A stretch of DNA of 64,000 nucleotides. Origin: Chloroflexota bacterium. GTDB lineage: Bacteria; Chloroflexota; UBA6077; FW602-bin22; JACPRP01. The notes beneath the pieces were generated by a model, which saw only the letters and a list, made by a program, of their open reading frames with translations, was not told where the DNA came from and ran no database searches. The DNA lies in contig JAMCWX010000018.1 in the NCBI GenBank assembly GCA_023480885.1, positions 5,086-69,085 on the forward strand, in the 5' to 3' direction. How positions within the stretch are numbered: position 1 is the first letter of the stretch; each line of letters opens with the position of its first letter. Position numbers and translations under genes: made by a program. Shown piece after piece: positions 59,787 to 64,000 of the stretch.

Positions 59787-60987
59787 TCCTGTCGTGGACG
59801 AAGATCTCCCTGGCAACGCGATGGAGGTCGGGCACGGAGATGGAATCGATGATCTTCACCACCTCCTGCAAGGTGAAAATACGATCCAGAATCAATTCCT
59901 GGCCGCCAAGCCACGAAGCCACTGAGCGGGTATCCTCAAGCCTTAGCAGGAGGCGGCCTTTCCAGAACTCCTTGGCCTTAGCCACCTCGTATTCAGGCAA
60001 GTTTTCCTTAATTTTGTCGATCTCGCTCAAGGCCGCCTCGATGGTCTTGTCGACGCGCTTTGGATCGACGCCAGCGTAAATGACCGCGGAGCCGGCATCG
60101 CGGTAGTGGTTGATATAAGAGTGCACATCGTAGGCGAGACCGCGCTTCTCTCTGATCTCAAGGAAGAGCCTGGAACTCATGCCCTCGCCCAGCACAACGT
60201 TGAGCAGATCCAGAGCGTAGCGGTCGGGATGGACGTACGAAAGGCCGGGGTAGCCAATGCAAACCTGTGCCTGTTCGGTTTTTCTTTGCTGCAAACGAAC
60301 GCGGGTCTCGCCGGGAGGTATGATCGTGGGCTCACCAGCTAAGACAGGGGCTGCGCGCCATTCTCTGACCAGCGGTTCGAGCGTGTCTACGACCTGGCTA
60401 TGGCTCAAGGGCCCGGCGACGGCGATGACCGCGGCGCCGGGCAGGTAGCGATCGTGCAAGTACTGGAGCATCTGCTCGCGAGTTATGCTGCGAACCGATT
60501 CCTTGGTGCCGGCGATGTCGCGGCCTAAAGGCTGATCCCCCCACATCGTCTCGTCGAAGAGGACGTGCACCCAGTCCTGTGGGGTATCGACAAGCATATT
60601 GAGCTCTTCGACGATCACTTTGCGCTCTTTCTCGATTTCCACTGGATCGAACTGAGAGTGCAGGAGGATGTCGGTGAGCACATCGGCTGCGGTTGGCCAG
60701 TGGTTGTGAGCGACCTTGGCCCAGTAAACGGTGATTTCCTTGCCCGTTTCGGCATTGAGCACGCCGCCGGTGCCCTCCACGGCCTCCGAAATGTCTTTGG
60801 CGGCAGGACGCTTTTGCGTGCCTTTGAACAGCATATGCTCAATGAAATGGGAGATTCCACTGATCTCTCTTGCCTCGTTCCTCGACCCGGCGCTAAAGAA
60901 GATGGCCACGCTAACGGAGAGAGCATAGGGCATCTGAGAGGTGACTACTCGCAAGCCGTTATCCAGGACCGTCTTTTCGTACTCCAT
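59722..60987 (-). CDS. M16-family zinc peptidase
   Basis: HFIEHMLFKGT (HxxEH), SSRLFLEIREKRGLAY. Confidence 0.93.
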   Translation of the reverse strand: MEYEKTVLDNGLRVVTSQMPYALSVSVAIFFSAGSRNEAREISGISHFIEHMLFKGTQKRPAAKDISEAVEGTGGVLNAETGKEITVYWAKVAHNHWPTAADVLTDILLHSQFDPVEIEKERKVIVEELNMLVDTPQDWVHVLFDETMWGDQPLGRDIAGTKESVRSITREQMLQYLHDRYLPGAAVIAVAGPLSHSQVVDTLEPLVREWRAAPVLAGEPTIIPPGETRVRLQQRKTEQAQVCIGYPGLSYVHPDRYALDLLNVVLGEGMSSRLFLEIREKRGLAYDVHSYINHYRDAGSAVIYAGVDPKRVDKTIEAALSEIDKIKENLPEYEVAKAKEFWKGRLLLRLEDTRSVASWLGGQELILDRIFTLQEVVKIIDSISVPDLHRVAREIFVHDRINLAVIGPFAKEERFRKLVKP

Positions 60988-61236
60988 GGGCCTCCTACAC
61001 CTGCACAGAATCAGTGCTGCTCGCACAGGAGCAGCAATCGGCGGCGCTTAATCCCAATGATAGCACGGAAATGGCCAAAAATCTAGCAAGCGTGCCAGTT
61101 AGTCAAGGCTGTTGACGTCTGCTTGTGCGCACGCAAAACAAGCTATCCAACATGGCCTCCTTCTGCCACTTGCCCTGTTCTCGTTTATCTCGTCCAAGAT
61201 AACAACATTGAAAGGCAGGCTGGAAGCTGTACCCTA

Positions 61237-61265
61237 TTGATTTTTGCTTTTTGTTCATATATACT
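61237..61265 (+). promoter_or_regulatory. Promoter of the zinc-ribbon gene
   Basis: TTGATT-17-TATACT. Confidence 0.65.
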
Positions 61266-61403
61266 GCGCGCGGTGGTACACGTTTAGGATACTACGGTCA
61301 GCAGCGAACCAGCCCTCCGGCGCTGAAGGGCACCACGGCGATCCTAACGCACGGCGCTTGCCCCGACTAAACTGTGACCAACTATCACAAGAGGAGGTCA
61401 AAG

Positions 61404-61700
61404 GTGGAGTTCAAGGACAAGACCCTAACTTGCCGAGAATGCGGTGTTAACTTCGTTTTCACCGCTGGCGAGCAAGGGTTCTACCAAGAGAAGGGACTCC
61501 TTAACGAGCCGCAGCGCTGTCCTGCTTGCCGTGCAGTCAGGCGGCGCGAACGCTCTGGTGCTGCGCCGCGCGAGATGCATCCCGTCGTCTGCGCTGAGTG
61601 CGGTACAAGCACCACGGTTCCCTTCCTACCGCGGAACGATCGACCTGTCTACTGCAGCTCTTGCTACGACAAGGTTCGCCTTGCGGGCAACGTAGGCTAG
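61404..61700 (+). CDS. Double zinc-ribbon protein (zf-trcl plus CxxC-x17-CxxC)
   Basis: FKDKTLTCRECG..FVFTAGEQ..P.RCPACR; VCAECG..VPF.P..RPVYCSSC; SD GAGGAGG, GTG start. Confidence 0.9.
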   Translation: MEFKDKTLTCRECGVNFVFTAGEQGFYQEKGLLNEPQRCPACRAVRRRERSGAAPREMHPVVCAECGTSTTVPFLPRNDRPVYCSSCYDKVRLAGNVG

Positions 61701-61770
61701 TGGCGGATGGGAGGACGATCCGGGGGAACCCGTTAGGGGTCAGCGTCTTGCGCTGAAACCGCAGCCCTCA

Positions 61771-61802
61771 GAGCCGGGAGAATATCCCGGCTTCACTTTT
61801 TT
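61771..61802 (+). terminator. Intrinsic terminator
   Basis: gagccggga-gaata-tcccggctt followed by a T tract. Confidence 0.75.
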
Positions 61803-61906
61803 CGAGTTGCTGCGCTATGGTACAAAAATGCGCTGAACCGCAAAGAGCGCAAAGATCGCAGTGGACAACAGGACACCAACCACCAACGAAAACCTCAAAT
61901 TGTTCA

Positions 61907-61935
61907 TTGACATAGGCACATGTTTAATGTATACT
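61907..61935 (+). promoter_or_regulatory. Near-consensus promoter with no adjacent ORF
   Basis: TTGACA-17-TATACT. Confidence 0.75.
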
Positions 61936-61940
61936 TGGGG

Positions 61941-62058
61941 AAAATAAAGGCAGGGCGCGAGGCTGGGCGTCGGTAGACGCCGAACGGGAATCCCGCGATG
62001 AGCGGAGAGGTGAGGTAAAATCGAGTGCGATTGTGTAGCGTCCAGTCTTTATTTTTTT
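61941..62058 (+). ncRNA. Candidate stand-alone small structured RNA (~118 nt), family unknown
   Basis: Starts 6 nt after the -10 box; 5' aaaataaaggcagggcgc pairs with 3' gcgtccagtctttatttt; three internal hairpins; ends in T7. Confidence 0.6.
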
Positions 62059-62203
62059 GTTTCTGCCTTCAGGCCAACGGCCGGCAATCTCTCGGCAGCA
62101 GATAGGCGCGTTCAGCGTTAGAACAAACTTCCTTCGACGTGCGGCTTGATTTGCCACAAAGCTAAGGTATACAATAATTCTAGCAGCACAGTGGCGGTGG
62201 CAG

Positions 62204-62647
62204 ATGAAAAAGTACGAGCGTGAGATAGCCGATCTACTGGACAAAATGGACAAGTTCATTCCGGACGAGTCCCCCAGCCACCGCGCCAGGAGGAGCTTCG
62301 ACCGCTACATTCGTCGCGCTATGAGCGCAATTCCGTCCTGGAGCACAATCGCATCCTGGGACATCACCCCAACGTCTTTGATGGTAGCCAGCATCGCATT
62401 TGCTTTTGCGGCGGCCCTTCTCAGTAGCATACTTCGCCCTGCTGCACCTCTCGCGAGCATCGCCAGCGTAGCCTTGCTGCTGGCGGCAATTATCTTACAA
62501 GCGTTGGGCCGGCGAAGGCGGCCAGAACGACGCTGGCGCGGACGCGTAATAGATCTGGACGACTACCGAAGAACCTCTGCTTTCGGTTTAGGCTATCGGT
62601 GGCGTATGGTCTGGAACAGGTTCTGGCGCGGACGCAAGAAGTACTGA
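62204..62647 (+). CDS. Hypothetical membrane protein (2 TM)
   Basis: KYEREIADLL N-terminus, two hydrophobic helices, RRWRGRVIDL; promoter-like TTGATT-18-TACAAT upstream. Confidence 0.65.
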   Translation: MKKYEREIADLLDKMDKFIPDESPSHRARRSFDRYIRRAMSAIPSWSTIASWDITPTSLMVASIAFAFAAALLSSILRPAAPLASIASVALLLAAIILQALGRRRRPERRWRGRVIDLDDYRRTSAFGLGYRWRMVWNRFWRGRKKY

Positions 62648-62660
62648 TGTGGAGTGACGA

Positions 62661-63029
62661 ATGAAAGGCGTGCTCAGATGGTTTGCTGTCTTTGCAGCTT
62701 CCTTTTTGGTAGCCAAACTGGTCGAGAGCCTGTTAACTTCGAAGCAGGGCAGGAGACTCGCCGAGTCCACCGGCTCGGCTGTCTTTCTTAGCGAAGAGGG
62801 CAGAAACGTCGTTAGCAGGTACTCTAAAGAAGCAACTGGCGTGATTCTTGACGCTCTGCTAAGCCGCCAAGAACGGCGGGCTTTGGCCAACGGCTCGGCG
62901 TCCCATTGGCCAAACCTGTTCGAAGATGCCGCGACGACGATGTCGGCCACGGGATCCCTGCTGCGAATCGTGGCCGATCTTTGGCGCGAACGACAGGAAC
63001 TAGGCAGGAGCCAGCCCCGCGCAGGCTAA
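62661..63029 (+). CDS. Hypothetical protein
   Basis: SD GGAG, follows the previous gene by 13 nt. Confidence 0.55.
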   Translation: MKGVLRWFAVFAASFLVAKLVESLLTSKQGRRLAESTGSAVFLSEEGRNVVSRYSKEATGVILDALLSRQERRALANGSASHWPNLFEDAATTMSATGSLLRIVADLWRERQELGRSQPRAG

Positions 63030-63062
63030 AGCCCAATGCGGTTTACTTGAGGGCCAAGGCTT

Positions 63063-63122
63063 CACCACGGAGACACGGAGGCTATTTGAGGTAGGCTCCG
63101 TGTTCTCGGTGCCTCCGTGGTT
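63063..63122. repeat. Family C palindromic element between convergent genes
   Basis: caccacggagacacggag ... ctccgtgttctcggtgcctccgtggtt. Confidence 0.8.
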
Positions 63123-63138
63123 ACTTCTCCGCGCCTGG

Positions 63139-64000
63139 CTAGCGTCCTGGCAATATGAGCGACATTGCGGAGAAGTTAACGCCCTCTGAGGTGGTCCATG
63201 CCTGCATTAGGCGCTGCTGGCTCATCGTCCTATACGCGCCAACGGTGTTGCCCTGGAAGGCAGGATCGTGGTAGATCACGTTGCCGTCGGCGTCGAGGCC
63301 CAGAAACACGATATAGTGATCTCCCCACCAACTGCTTCGCTCGTGGCCTGGCAGGCTTCGGTAGCGCACTAGCAGCATCGTCGGGTGTCCACCGCGAATT
63401 TCCTGCCTCAGGTCGTCAATCGTCCACTTTCGGTACTGCTTCGGGCCTGAGTAAGGGCCACTCACCTGAAAGCCACGCTTCTCGGCCGCGTAGACCAGCG
63501 ATTTCCAGTCTGATCCACCATCAAGTCCCCAGTAGCCTGTGCTCTGATTTACCAGGCGCCGCAGGTCGTCAGTCGACCAGTTTTTCTCGTAATAGGCCAT
63601 GAGCATCCCAAGAACGGCAGGACCGCAGTTACCTTCCTCGTAGGCAGTGCCGTCGAACTGGCTGCGATAAGGCACCTGCATGCTCGATTCCTGCCCGACG
63701 TTCGCGTCCTGGTCCCCTGGAGCAGGGGAGGAACCGCTGGCATCTGGCATCCTGAGCGCCTGCCCCGGCATCAGCTTATCTGGGTCCGCAAGCCCGTTGA
63801 GCCTGGCCAGATCATCAACAGTGACGCTGTGGCTGCGCGCAATGGCCATCAGCGTATCGCCAGGTGCCACGACGTGCTGCTTGTGATCGCTGGCCTGCGG
63901 AGCAGGCTGCGAACTACTTTGGACGAGCACCAGCTTTTGTCCAACTCTTAGGAAGTCTGGCGATCTCAAGCCGTTCAGCCGAACCAGCGTGTCGACGCTA
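63139..64000 (-). CDS. LysM-repeat protein with C39-like cysteine peptidase domain (5' end outside the window)
   Basis: HVVAPGDTLMAIA LysM; VPYRSQ, NCGPA, DHYIV, HDP; frame open to the window edge. Confidence 0.85.
   Translation of the reverse strand, partial: SVDTLVRLNGLRSPDFLRVGQKLVLVQSSSQPAPQASDHKQHVVAPGDTLMAIARSHSVTVDDLARLNGLADPDKLMPGQALRMPDASGSSPAPGDQDANVGQESSMQVPYRSQFDGTAYEEGNCGPAVLGMLMAYYEKNWSTDDLRRLVNQSTGYWGLDGGSDWKSLVYAAEKRGFQVSGPYSGPKQYRKWTIDDLRQEIRGGHPTMLLVRYRSLPGHERSSWWGDHYIVFLGLDADGNVIYHDPAFQGNTVGAYRTMSQQRLMQAWTTSEGVNFSAMSLILPGR

Noticed and set aside
61718-61745. cgggggaacc...ggggt resembles the c-di-AMP (ydaO) riboswitch
   Set aside because: The 5' GCTGAATCC and 3' GAACCCGTCAGCTAAC blocks are missing, and it lies downstream of a gene
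61750-61768. tgaaaccgcagcc resembles a SAM-I junction
   Set aside because: No ATC-AGAG P1/P2 elements and no methionine-related gene downstream
61913-62132. Possible LexA boxes (gcacatgtttaa, gaacaaacttcc)
   Set aside because: Poor match to GAAC-N4-GTTC
1-64000. CRISPR arrays, tRNA/rRNA genes, inteins, selenocysteine or frameshift recoding, transposases
   Set aside because: None seen; repeats are dispersed rather than arrayed with spacers, and the core genes read as uninterrupted

Overview
A 64-kb window of a GC-rich bacterial chromosome, probably a peptidoglycan-making Chloroflexota (inferred from gene content and protein style only). From left to right it holds: a VapBC-type TA pair; a two-ArsR arsenic-resistance cluster with clear palindromic operators; a Moco-riboswitch-controlled modA; a dcw cluster (mraZ to ftsZ) lacking murE, murG and murB, with a CvpA-like gene in the murG slot; an inserted PLD-SNF2 helicase plus N6-adenine methyltransferase pair; nrdR-nrdJ with NrdR boxes; pgeF-yggS-yggT; a 54-codon ribosomal protein L33 gene missed by the ORF track; a GldA/F/G-like ABC system; pyrG-fsa-DUF3795-rho on the minus strand; tsaE-tsaB-rimI-polA-mutM; and a zinc-ribbon gene surrounded by three predicted structured RNAs, one an apparently stand-alone ~118-nt sRNA with its own consensus promoter. 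At least three families of short intergenic palindromic repeats are scattered throughout. All calls come from reading motifs by eye. No database search or folding program was run, and some starts were adjusted from the ORF track using Shine-Dalgarno position.
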